Part shown: positions 17,416-25,534 of the stretch, in pieces
Position numbering within the stretch: the stretch's first letter is position 1
Layout: each line of letters begins with the position of its first letter
Origin: Bacillota bacterium
Lineage (GTDB): Bacteria > Bacillota > Desulfotomaculia > Desulfotomaculales > Desulfallaceae
Length of the DNA: 32,000 bases
Direction: 5' to 3'
Assembly: GCA_023439185.1 (NCBI GenBank)
Contig: JAEXOR010000011.1
Location: forward strand, 233,168-265,167
Position numbers and translations under genes: made by a program
The notes under the pieces: generated by a model
Told to the model about the DNA's origin: nothing
What the model saw: only the letters and a program-made list of their open reading frames with translations
Databases searched by the model: none

Positions 17416-19827
17416 TCATCCTGTAGACTGAGCATCCCAGGGTCTGGGCACCTGCTGCGGTTTGGGAAACTTATATACCGGGATTATTTTTTTGCCGTAG
17501 CGGCCGGAGCCGCCCTTGGCCTTATCGTCCAGTGCTTTGAGAATCTTTTCCGGCGTGACGGGCACCTCGTCGATCCGGACGCCCAGCGCGTTATAAACAG
17601 CGCTTACCAGAGCTGGAACAACCGGAAGCAGGGGTCCCTGACCGGCTTCTTTAGCTCCAAAGGGCCCCTCGGCCTCGGCGGTTTCCACTAAAATGCTTTC
17701 CACGGGCGGCATATCCAAAGTGGTAATGGTTTTATAATCCAGCATTGACGGGGCTTTAACAAGGTGACGGCGCATTGTCTGCTCCTCCATTAAAGCGTCC
17801 CCCAGGCCCATATATACGCTGCCTTCAATTTGCCCGATCACATTAAGCGGGTTGAGGGCTATGCCGATGTCATGGGCCACCCAAACCTTTTCCACTTTAA
17901 CCATGCCCGTTGCCGGGTCACAGGTTACTTCCACCACGGCGGCTGAATAGCTCCAGGCGGGTGAAGGGCCGACGCCTGAACCGCGGTATGGTCCGGCCAG
18001 GTCGGGCGGCTTATACCCGCCTTTGCCCACCAGGATTCCCGAACGGGTCTCGGCCAAAGCACAGGCCAGGCTGAAAGGAACCTGCCTGTCGGAATCATAC
18101 CTATCCATGACTTTGCCGTCCTTAAAAACTAAACTTTCCCGATCCACCTGAAGCTTTTCGGCAACAGCTTCGGCAATTGTATCGCGCAATTGCATGGCGG
18201 CCTGTATTGCCGCATTGCCGGACATAAAAGTAACCCGGCTGGAATAACTGCCCATATCCACAGGGGTGAGCGACGTGTCGGCGGTAACCAAATAGATATC
18301 TTCCATTTGCAGACCCAAAATCTCCGCCACCAGAAGAGCGTGTATGGTGAGGGAGCCCTGCCCGATATCGGTGGAGCCGGAGTATAGAGTTACCCCTCCG
18401 CCCCGGTCAATTTTCAAGATCACCTGGGAATGGTCCATGGGGTTGTTATAAATGGGCAATCCCGCTCCGCACATATAAGCGCTGACAGCAAAACCAACCC
18501 CTTTGCCGTAAGGCAGTGATGAGTGCTTGGCTGTGAAACCGGAGGCCCGGTCAACCCGTTCAATGCATTCCATCAGTCCGCAACTGGTAATGCGCAAGTA
18601 ATTGACCGTGAGGGAATTCGGCTCAATGGCGTTAATTTTGCGCATCTCCACCGGGTTGAGGCCCAAATCCTCAGCGATCTTATCCAACTGCAGTTCTACG
18701 GCAAACCGGCCCTGGGGAGCGGCATGACCGCGCTTCGGACCGGCCGCCGGTTTATTGGTGAAGCACCGCACGATGTCTACTTTATAGTTGGGAATCTTAT
18801 AGGTGGTCGGCTGCAGGTTTCCCGTATAAAAAGAAGACGCCACTCCAAAACTGCCGTGGGCGCCGCCGTCCAAAAAATTGGTAAACTGCATGGCGGTAAT
18901 GGAGCCGTCCCGCTTCACCCCGGTTTTAACAGCCAGCAAAACAGCATGGCGGCCTCTATGGGTATAAAAAACTTCTTCCCTGGTCAGGGTTATCTTCACC
19001 GGCCGGCCGGTTTTCAAAGCCATGTGCGAGACCACCATTTCATGACAAAAAGGCTCGCTTTTGGCGCCGAACCCGCCCCCCAAAAAGGGGCTGACAACCC
19101 GCACATGAGCCGCGGGCTTACCCAGAACCTTGGCTAAAGCCCGATGCAGATAATGGGGGGTTTGGGAACTTGTGTACAGGGTCAGATGACCGTTGCCTTC
19201 CGGTACCGCTACCGCCGAATGCTCTTCCAGGCACATGTGGGTGCTGCCGCTGTAAAAAAACAGGTCTTCCCTGACATGGTCGGCCTCGTTGAAGCCGGCT
19301 TCCACATCGCCGAATTCCAGGGCTATTTCCCTGTGAATATTTCCTTTTCCGGTATAAGTGTGAATCGGTTCCTCGGCAGGCAATAAGGCATCTTCCACGG
19401 TCAGAAAGGCAGGCAGCGGCTGATATTCCACCTTGAATAAAGCCAGCGCAGCCTCGGCAGAAGCCTCATCCACAGCCACTACAGCGGCTACCGGGTCTCC
19501 CACATAGCGCGCCTTGCCAATGGCCAGAGCGTGCTCGTCCTCGCTGACCGGCAGAATGCCGAAAGGGGTCGTCAGCTCACCGCCCAGCATAACGTCCACT
19601 ACTCCAGGGTATGACAGCACCTCTTCATAATCAATATTAACTATTTTCGCGTGGGCAAAGGGACTGCGCAGCAATTTGCAATAGAGCATACCGGGAAAAG
19701 CCAGGTCGGAAGTGTATTTCGCTTGCCCGGTAGCCTTACTCATGCCGTCAACCTTGGGCAAATTTTTACCGATTAAATTGAATGGTTCGCTACTCATGGT
19801 CTGTCCCTTCCTTAACGCAGACGCCAT
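17416..19827 (-). CDS. hcrA: 4-hydroxybenzoyl-CoA reductase-like alpha subunit (molybdopterin-binding)
   Basis: 'GKARYVGDPVAAV', 'GGGFGAKSEPF', 'YSGSTDIGQGS', 'GPFGAKEAGQGPLLPVVPALVSAVY'; start possibly at the internal MSSEPF. Confidence 0.85.
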   Translation of the reverse strand: MASALRKGQTMSSEPFNLIGKNLPKVDGMSKATGQAKYTSDLAFPGMLYCKLLRSPFAHAKIVNIDYEEVLSYPGVVDVMLGGELTTPFGILPVSEDEHALAIGKARYVGDPVAAVVAVDEASAEAALALFKVEYQPLPAFLTVEDALLPAEEPIHTYTGKGNIHREIALEFGDVEAGFNEADHVREDLFFYSGSTHMCLEEHSAVAVPEGNGHLTLYTSSQTPHYLHRALAKVLGKPAAHVRVVSPFLGGGFGAKSEPFCHEMVVSHMALKTGRPVKITLTREEVFYTHRGRHAVLLAVKTGVKRDGSITAMQFTNFLDGGAHGSFGVASSFYTGNLQPTTYKIPNYKVDIVRCFTNKPAAGPKRGHAAPQGRFAVELQLDKIAEDLGLNPVEMRKINAIEPNSLTVNYLRITSCGLMECIERVDRASGFTAKHSSLPYGKGVGFAVSAYMCGAGLPIYNNPMDHSQVILKIDRGGGVTLYSGSTDIGQGSLTIHALLVAEILGLQMEDIYLVTADTSLTPVDMGSYSSRVTFMSGNAAIQAAMQLRDTIAEAVAEKLQVDRESLVFKDGKVMDRYDSDRQVPFSLACALAETRSGILVGKGGYKPPDLAGPYRGSGVGPSPAWSYSAAVVEVTCDPATGMVKVEKVWVAHDIGIALNPLNVIGQIEGSVYMGLGDALMEEQTMRRHLVKAPSMLDYKTITTLDMPPVESILVETAEAEGPFGAKEAGQGPLLPVVPALVSAVYNALGVRIDEVPVTPEKILKALDDKAKGGSGRYGKKIIPVYKFPKPQQVPRPWDAQSTG

Positions 19828-20323
19828 TGCAGGCGCCCGGCCTCAACAACGTCCGGTCCAGCATTCTCCCGGCAGCAAGCTCCACAGCATCATAAATCTT
19901 TAAAAAACCGGTGCAGCGGCAAATATTACCTGATAAAGCATCTTTAATCTCAGCGTGTGACGGCAGAGGGTTTTGATCGAGCAAAGCTTTAGCGGTGAGC
20001 AGCATCCCGGATGTACAGTAACCGCACTGAATGGCTCCCGTTTCAACGAAAGCTGTCTGCAGAGGATGGGGCTTGCTCAGGGTACCAATGCCTTCCACGG
20101 TTAAAATCTCTTTCTCTTCCACTTCCAACGGCATGGTCAGGCAGGCAAGACGCGGTTCGCCGTTGATCAAAACGGTACAGGCTCCGCATTCTCCCAGTTC
20201 ACACCCGTGTTTGGTACCCATGAGACCGAGATCTTCACGCAGTACCTCCAGCAGGGTTTTATTTTCAGAAATAAAAAGTTCGTAGCTCCGCCGGTTGACC
20301 TTTAGTGTTATTGGTATTTTCAT
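19790..20323 (-). CDS. hcrC: 4-hydroxybenzoyl-CoA reductase-like gamma subunit (2x[2Fe-2S])
   Basis: 'GCELGECGACTVLINGEPRLACL', 'QCGYCTSGMLLTAKALL', 'ALSGNICRCTGF'. Confidence 0.9.
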   Translation of the reverse strand: MKIPITLKVNRRSYELFISENKTLLEVLREDLGLMGTKHGCELGECGACTVLINGEPRLACLTMPLEVEEKEILTVEGIGTLSKPHPLQTAFVETGAIQCGYCTSGMLLTAKALLDQNPLPSHAEIKDALSGNICRCTGFLKIYDAVELAAGRMLDRTLLRPGACNGVCVKEGTDHE

Positions 20324-20510
20324 TGCATAACCCTCCTAAGTTGCTCAATTAGAACCGCCCCATAATTTGTGAAGAAGACACGGCTTATGTTCATCATGAG
20401 AAACTACTGTTCTCCATTATGAATATAATCATATTATGAATTATCTGATAACGGATTGTCAAGAGTAAATTAACTATTCAACAAAATAAAATACGAGCAA
20501 TATAAGCCGG

Positions 20511-21407
20511 TCACCCGGCTTGCTCCTGTTTTTTCTTATCCTTCAAAGCTTTAAGTATTCTTTCAGGAGTAATGGGCAGTTCTAAAAACCTCACGCCAAT
20601 TGCGTTACAGATGGCGTTGGCGATGGCCGGAATCGTCGGCTGGATTGGCCCTTCGCCGGCTTCCTTGGCGCCAAACGGCGCGGTGGGGTCATAGCTGTCC
20701 ACTATTACAGAATCAATTTCCGGAATATCCGCGGCAGTCGGCAATTTGTATTCCTGCAATGAAGAGCTGATGACCTGCCCGTCGGGAGTGAGCTTCATTT
20801 CTTCGTAAAGCGCCTGCCCCATGCCCATGATGATGGAACCTTCAACCTGCCCTTCGACACTCATCGGATTGATGGCCTGGCCGCAGTCCCCGGCCTCGGT
20901 GATTTTAACTATTTTCACCTGGCCTGTTTCCAGATTCACTTCCACCTCGGCTACCTGGGCGGAAAAGCCAAAGGTCGGCGACTGGCCGATATTGGCGCCC
21001 TGCACTCCTTTCATCCCTTTGCGGGGCGGACTGTAATGACCTGTGGCCGTTAACGGTCCTTTGGCATCAATATAGCCGGCCACGGCGGTCATAAATGCGA
21101 TCCTTTTCTTGGGCTCATAGATCGAGTAAATTACCCCGTCCTTACACCGTAAATGCCCGGCGCTCACACCCAGTTGCAGGGCGGCCGTCTCATATAATTT
21201 TTTGTTAATTTCCCGGGCCGCCATAATCACCGCTTTGCCTGCCGCGTAAGTCGTCCTGCTTGAAAATGCGCCCAGGTCAAAGGGGGTCAATTGGGTATCC
21301 CCGGAAACAAAGTGCAGATCCGAGGCTTTAACCCCCAATTCTTCGGCCGCCATCATGGGCAGGATTGTATTGGACCCTTGCCCGATATCAGTCGCCCCGG
21401 AATACAA
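20511..21407 (-). pseudogene. C-terminal portion only of a molybdopterin-binding large subunit (second HcrA-like copy)
   Basis: Begins inside the conserved 'YSGATDIGQGS' region from a TTG codon; homology to the intact copy (QVILKIDRGGGVTLYSGSTDIGQG) continues upstream as ALIRIDTEGGIVLYSG, then stops near the end of the neighbouring FAD gene. Confidence 0.7.
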
Positions 21408-21436
21408 AACAATGCCGCCCTCGGTGTCTATTCTGA

Positions 21437-22447
21437 TTAACGCGTGTTTCCGTTGGCCATCCCGACGGCTTTAACCAACGCATCCCGGACCAGCACCCTG
21501 ACCATGGTTTTCTTGTTGATGGGCGAGGCGCCCATCGGATGAACGGGTTTGGCCGACTGATAGGCAAGTTCCGCCGCCTCCTCCAGGCTCTCTTCAGCCT
21601 TCCGGCCCTCCAATGCCGCCTCGGCTTCCAGCGCCCTTTTGGGCCCGGGACCCACCGCGTTGAGCACAATCCTGGCCCGGCGGCAAATTCCCCCGGGCCC
21701 GTCAAGGGTTATTGCAACTGCTATTCCTACAATGGGAAAATCTATTTCTTGCCTGAGACGGTATTTCTCATAAGCAAAACCGGTATAGGGCTGCGGGCGT
21801 GGAATTATTACGGCAACGACAATGGCGCCCGCTTCCAGTTTTATGGGACACATACCGTCATGGCTGTATAAAAATTCTATAGGCATTTCTTGAATGCCAT
21901 AGGGGCCCGCCGTTCTGACCCGGGCTCCCAAAGCCATCAGAGCCAGCGGGGTATCGGCGGAAAAAACCGCATGGCACACCGGGCTCCTTTTGGCAACATG
22001 ACAACGGTCCCCGCCTGTTTTATAGCAAAGAGGGCGGGATTGACGCCAACTCGCAAGCTGGTTGAAATAATAACAACGGGTATCCAGGCAAATATTTCCG
22101 CCCAGTGTCCCCATATTCCGGTGCTGCGGCATGCCGATAAGGGAGGCCGCAGTTGCCAATACCGATGCATTTTCAATTATCTCGGGCGATGACCCGATTG
22201 TGTTGAGCCTGGTTAAAGCTCCGATCTCAATCTCTTCAGCCTTCATGGTAATACCCGACATAAATGGCAGCCCCGTGATATCCACCAGATAACGAAATTT
22301 GGCCACGCCTTGTTTCATCCTAACGATAATGTCCGTCCCGCCTGCCATTATTTGCGCTTTCGTCTGATGCACGGTAAGAATTTCGATTGTCTCGATTAAA
22401 GTTCGGGGCTTAAAATAGTCAAATTCCGGTAAAGACAAAGAAACCAC
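21437..22447 (-). CDS. Second HcrB-like FAD-binding subunit
   Basis: 'IMAGGTDIIVRMKQG', 'TLGGNICLDTRCYYFNQLASWRQSRPLCYKTGGDRCHVAKRSPVCHAVFSADTPLALMALGARV'. Confidence 0.83.
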   Translation of the reverse strand: MVSLSLPEFDYFKPRTLIETIEILTVHQTKAQIMAGGTDIIVRMKQGVAKFRYLVDITGLPFMSGITMKAEEIEIGALTRLNTIGSSPEIIENASVLATAASLIGMPQHRNMGTLGGNICLDTRCYYFNQLASWRQSRPLCYKTGGDRCHVAKRSPVCHAVFSADTPLALMALGARVRTAGPYGIQEMPIEFLYSHDGMCPIKLEAGAIVVAVIIPRPQPYTGFAYEKYRLRQEIDFPIVGIAVAITLDGPGGICRRARIVLNAVGPGPKRALEAEAALEGRKAEESLEEAAELAYQSAKPVHPMGASPINKKTMVRVLVRDALVKAVGMANGNTR

Positions 22448-22486
22448 TCCCTATTATACTAGTATAGTCTATAGTATTTAAACCTA

Positions 22487-23284
22487 TTACTTTCCGCTTA
22501 TTATTTTGGCAGCCCTCTTTAAGGCCGGCGCCACCATACGCATCTTCTCTCCGGTCAGAGAGTGCGTAAAACCTACCATCCACAAAAATGCCACCATTTT
22601 ACCCCGCCAGTCGGTGACCGGTACACTGATGGTATTAACGCCCTGGACATATTCCTCAAAATCAGTTGCATAACCCAATTCCCGTATCCGGCGGATTTCT
22701 TTTGCATACTCATTGGGGTCGGCAATGGAATTAATAGTAAATAGCGGAATTGGCTTGGCCAGCATGCCTTTTAGCTCGTTTTCCTCAAGGCTGCTTAAGA
22801 ATACTTTACCTGCGGCTCCGGCAAATGGAGGTATCCTTGTGCCTATTGCAGCGGTAACCTTTAACCCGGAAGCGCTGTCCGCTTTTTCAATGACCGTTAT
22901 TTTTTGCTCATAAAAAGAACATAAAAATATCGTTTCTTCATATGTACGACTCATTGATTCAATAACCGGACGGGCCAACAGTCTCAAATCGACACCAACC
23001 CCGGACCGCTTGATTAACTGAGTAAATGCCGGTCCCAGTCTATATTTTCTTATGCCGTCCTGCCGGATAGCCCCTAGATCCTTAAGCGCCCATATGATGC
23101 CAGTCACTGTGCGTTCGGAGATATTTAATTTATGAGCGATGTCACTGATCCCCAATTCGGACCGAGCACCGGCAATTTCCTCTATAATTGCAAATACCTT
23201 GTAAAGCACAGGGGCGCTGGACGCGCCATTTGTTTTTTTAACAACCTGCTTTTCAGTCAACTCAGTCAGTGCCAACCGCCGCAA
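22487..23284 (-). CDS. IclR-family transcriptional regulator
   Basis: N-terminal wHTH 'ELGISDIAHKLNISERTVTGIIWALKDLGAIRQDG' and IclR effector domain 'AAGKVFLSSL...ATDFEEYVQGVNTISVPVTDWRGKMVAFLWMVGF'. Confidence 0.92.
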   Translation of the reverse strand: MRRLALTELTEKQVVKKTNGASSAPVLYKVFAIIEEIAGARSELGISDIAHKLNISERTVTGIIWALKDLGAIRQDGIRKYRLGPAFTQLIKRSGVGVDLRLLARPVIESMSRTYEETIFLCSFYEQKITVIEKADSASGLKVTAAIGTRIPPFAGAAGKVFLSSLEENELKGMLAKPIPLFTINSIADPNEYAKEIRRIRELGYATDFEEYVQGVNTISVPVTDWRGKMVAFLWMVGFTHSLTGEKMRMVAPALKRAAKIISGK

Positions 23285-23622
23285 CCCCTTTACTATTTGA
23301 TATTTAGTTGGCTAAGTTTAGAATTTGGAGGACATGAACCAGGAGAAATTAAAACATGTGTAACCAGTCCGGACTGCAGCCTACCACAATGCATTTATAA
23401 ACAGAAATAAACATAAACAAATTAAGCAGCCAGGGGGTCAGGTTTAAAACGTAACATTAAATGGTATAACGTTACTTAATGATAATTTAAAATACAATTA
23501 AAGTCAACAAAAACAGAAAATGAAGCAAACTACTATCTTGCAAAAAGCATAGCCCTGATTAATCACGTCGTTTTTATGATATAATTGGTTGCATAATTTA
23601 GCGGTGTAAAACCGCTGCGGGA

Positions 23623-24681
23623 GTGGTTTGTTTGAATACGAGGACAAAAACAGCCATCCTGTTTGCCGTGTTGGCGGCAGTATGCTACGGGGTGAGTTTC
23701 CCGCTGTCAAAGATATTATTAAATGAACTCCCGCCTGCGTTTATGGCGGCTTTGCTTTACCTGGGCGCGGGTTTCGGTATGGCTGCGGTCACCTTATCGC
23801 GGAAATTAAAGCATAACGAATTAATGGAAGCGCAGATAACCAAAAAGGAGTTCCCGTATGTTTCGGGCATGATTGCCTTGGATATCGCCGCGCCAATACT
23901 GCTCATGTTCGGGCTTTCCATGACAACACCGGCGAACGCGTCGTTATTGAATAACTTTGAAGTTGCGGCAACGTCGTTAATTGCTATGTTTGTGTTCAAA
24001 GAGGCTATCGGCAAGCGGATGTGGACCGCAATAGCGCTGATAACTGTTTCAACCGTTATTCTGTCCTTTGAAGACATCAGTAGTCTCTCCTTTTCCATCG
24101 GTTCCTTGTTGATTATTCTTGCCTGCCTGTGCTGGGGGCTTGAGAATAACTGCACCAGAATGCTCTCTCTAAAAGACCCGCTGCAAATTGTGGTCATCAA
24201 AGGGCTCGGTTCCGGAGCCGGCTCGTTCATTATCGCCTTGGCCGCCCGGGAGTTGCGCTTCAACGCCTTGTATATCATTTTTGCCCTTGCGCTTGGTTTT
24301 TTCGCGTATGGTTTAAGCATTTACTTTTATATCAGCGCGCAAAGGGAGCTTGGCGCCGCACGTACCAGCGCATATTACGCCATCGCCCCTTTTATCGGCG
24401 TCGGCTTGTCCTTTATTGTTTATAGCCAGCCGATAACAGTCTCTTTTATCGCCGCTTTTGCCATTATGATTTTCGGGGCATATTTCGCAACTGCTGAGAG
24501 GCATACGCATCAACATACTCATGAGACCATTGAGCACGCTCACCGGCATACGCATAGCGACGGACACCATAATCACAAGCACGATTTCCCCGTCAAAGAA
24601 CACAGTCATCTGCATGTACATGAACCTATGGTCCATGTACACTTTCACATGCCGGATACACATCACGCGCATACACATTGA
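23623..24681 (+). CDS. EamA/DMT-family transporter with His-rich cytosolic/periplasmic tail
   Basis: Ten hydrophobic segments with EamA repeats; C-terminus HTHQHTHETIEHAHRHTHSDGHHNHKHDFPVKEHSHLHVHEPMVHVHFHMPDTHHAHTH. Confidence 0.88.
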   Translation: MVCLNTRTKTAILFAVLAAVCYGVSFPLSKILLNELPPAFMAALLYLGAGFGMAAVTLSRKLKHNELMEAQITKKEFPYVSGMIALDIAAPILLMFGLSMTTPANASLLNNFEVAATSLIAMFVFKEAIGKRMWTAIALITVSTVILSFEDISSLSFSIGSLLIILACLCWGLENNCTRMLSLKDPLQIVVIKGLGSGAGSFIIALAARELRFNALYIIFALALGFFAYGLSIYFYISAQRELGAARTSAYYAIAPFIGVGLSFIVYSQPITVSFIAAFAIMIFGAYFATAERHTHQHTHETIEHAHRHTHSDGHHNHKHDFPVKEHSHLHVHEPMVHVHFHMPDTHHAHTH

Positions 24682-24697
24682 TGACCCTACCCTGATT

Positions 24698-24753
24698 TGA
24701 TGGACACGTTAAATGGCTGGTTCAATAAAACCAGCCATTTAACGTGTCCATCA
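24698..24753. repeat. Perfect 25-bp inverted repeat with 6-nt loop (TGATGGACACGTTAAATGGCTGGTT / AACCAGCCATTTAACGTGTCCATCA)
   Basis: Arms 24698-24722 and 24729-24753 are exact reverse complements; right arm ends at the start of the IS3 orfA remnant. Confidence 0.9.
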
Positions 24754-24957
24754 TGAAACAATACGACAAACAATTTAAAGAACAAGCCATAAAACCGGTC
24801 CTGGAACTGGAGCGTCCGGTGAAGCCGGTGGCCGATGAACCGGGGCATCCACGAAACACTATGTACAATGGCTCAGCCAATACAAAAAGCATCACGAACA
24901 CGCATTTCCCGGCAACAGCAAACTACGTCCCTATGACGCCGCTCTGGAACGTGTTCC
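24753..24957 (+). mobile_element. Frameshifted, truncated IS3-family transposase OrfA remnant
   Basis: 'MKQYDKQFKEQAIKPVLELERPVKPVADE' then in another frame 'QYKKHHEHAFPGNSKLRPYDAALERV'; ends where a CRISPR repeat begins. Confidence 0.8.
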
Positions 24958-24994
24958 TTTTCAATTCCCCAAAGGGAATTATTTTTGTTTTGAA
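24958..24994. repeat. Solitary degenerate CRISPR repeat
   Basis: TTTTCAATTCCCCAAAGGGAATTATTTTTGTTTTGAA differs at three positions from the array consensus GTTTCAATTCCCCAAGGGGAATTATTTTTGTTTTGAC. Confidence 0.9.
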
Positions 24995-25241
24995 AGCGGG
25001 GATGTTCAAACCTTGTGCAACAAGGGCTCTCGAAGTGGCTTTTGAGCAACTTCGAGAAATTGCCGCATTTTGATAAATGCCAGGATTTTATCAAGCAACG
25101 CTAACTATATCATCTAGCATTTACCACCTCTACAGTTCGCCATCCACAAGGCTTTCCTGCATATTAACTTTAAAAAATACTTTTCGAGCATCTCCCGGGT
25201 TTTCTGCACACCAAAAGTGCTCGATGTCTGAAAACTTTACC
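24995..25241 (-). promoter_or_regulatory. Second copy (A) of the CRISPR leader
   Basis: Closely similar to 27788-28031: shared 'CAAGCAACGCTAACTATATCATCTAGCATTTACCACCTCTACAGTTCG.CATCCACAAGGCTTTCC' and 'CGAGCATCTCCCGGGTTTT.TGCACACCAAAAGTGCTCGATGTCTGA'. Confidence 0.85.
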
Positions 25242-25258
25242 ATTGATGACCTTTGTTA

Positions 25259-25534
25259 TTAAATTATATAGATACCGTCACCAAAGGGATCAAACCCGCC
25301 CAACCGTTCAACTTTCCCGGTGCAAAGCTTGCATTGGCGGTAAAAAATTACACTATCCAGATTCCTCTTAATTATTTTCTCCAGCTTACATTTTAATATC
25401 AGGTAATCTTCCCTGCGCAAACGGCACTCAAAAACACTATATTGCACCCGCACCCCATAGTCTTTAAGAATTTTATGAACCAGATTTCTGCGAAGGTCAT
25501 CGCTGATGTCGTACGTGATTACTATATTTTCCAT
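25259..25534 (-). CDS. cas2: Cas2 endoribonuclease-fold adaptation protein
   Basis: 'MENIVITYDISDDLRRNLVHKILKDYGVRVQYSVFECRL...'; 91 aa; abuts cas4-cas1. Confidence 0.95.
   Translation of the reverse strand: MENIVITYDISDDLRRNLVHKILKDYGVRVQYSVFECRLRREDYLILKCKLEKIIKRNLDSVIFYRQCKLCTGKVERLGGFDPFGDGIYII

Noticed and set aside
18190-19386. Plus-strand ORFs (65, 204, 80 aa) opposite hcrA
   Set aside because: Antisense shadows of a well-supported molybdopterin subunit
23410-23520. 'CAGGGGGTCAGGTTTAAA' and partially repeated AACGTAACATTAAATGG/AACGTTACTTAATGAT near the EamA promoter
   Set aside because: Possibly an IS/REP remnant, but arms are short and no second copy is visible in the window; insufficient support
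24744-25073. 109-aa ORF as a novel protein
   Set aside because: Composite of an IS3 OrfA N-terminus, a frameshifted part, a CRISPR repeat and leader sequence; not a real CDS
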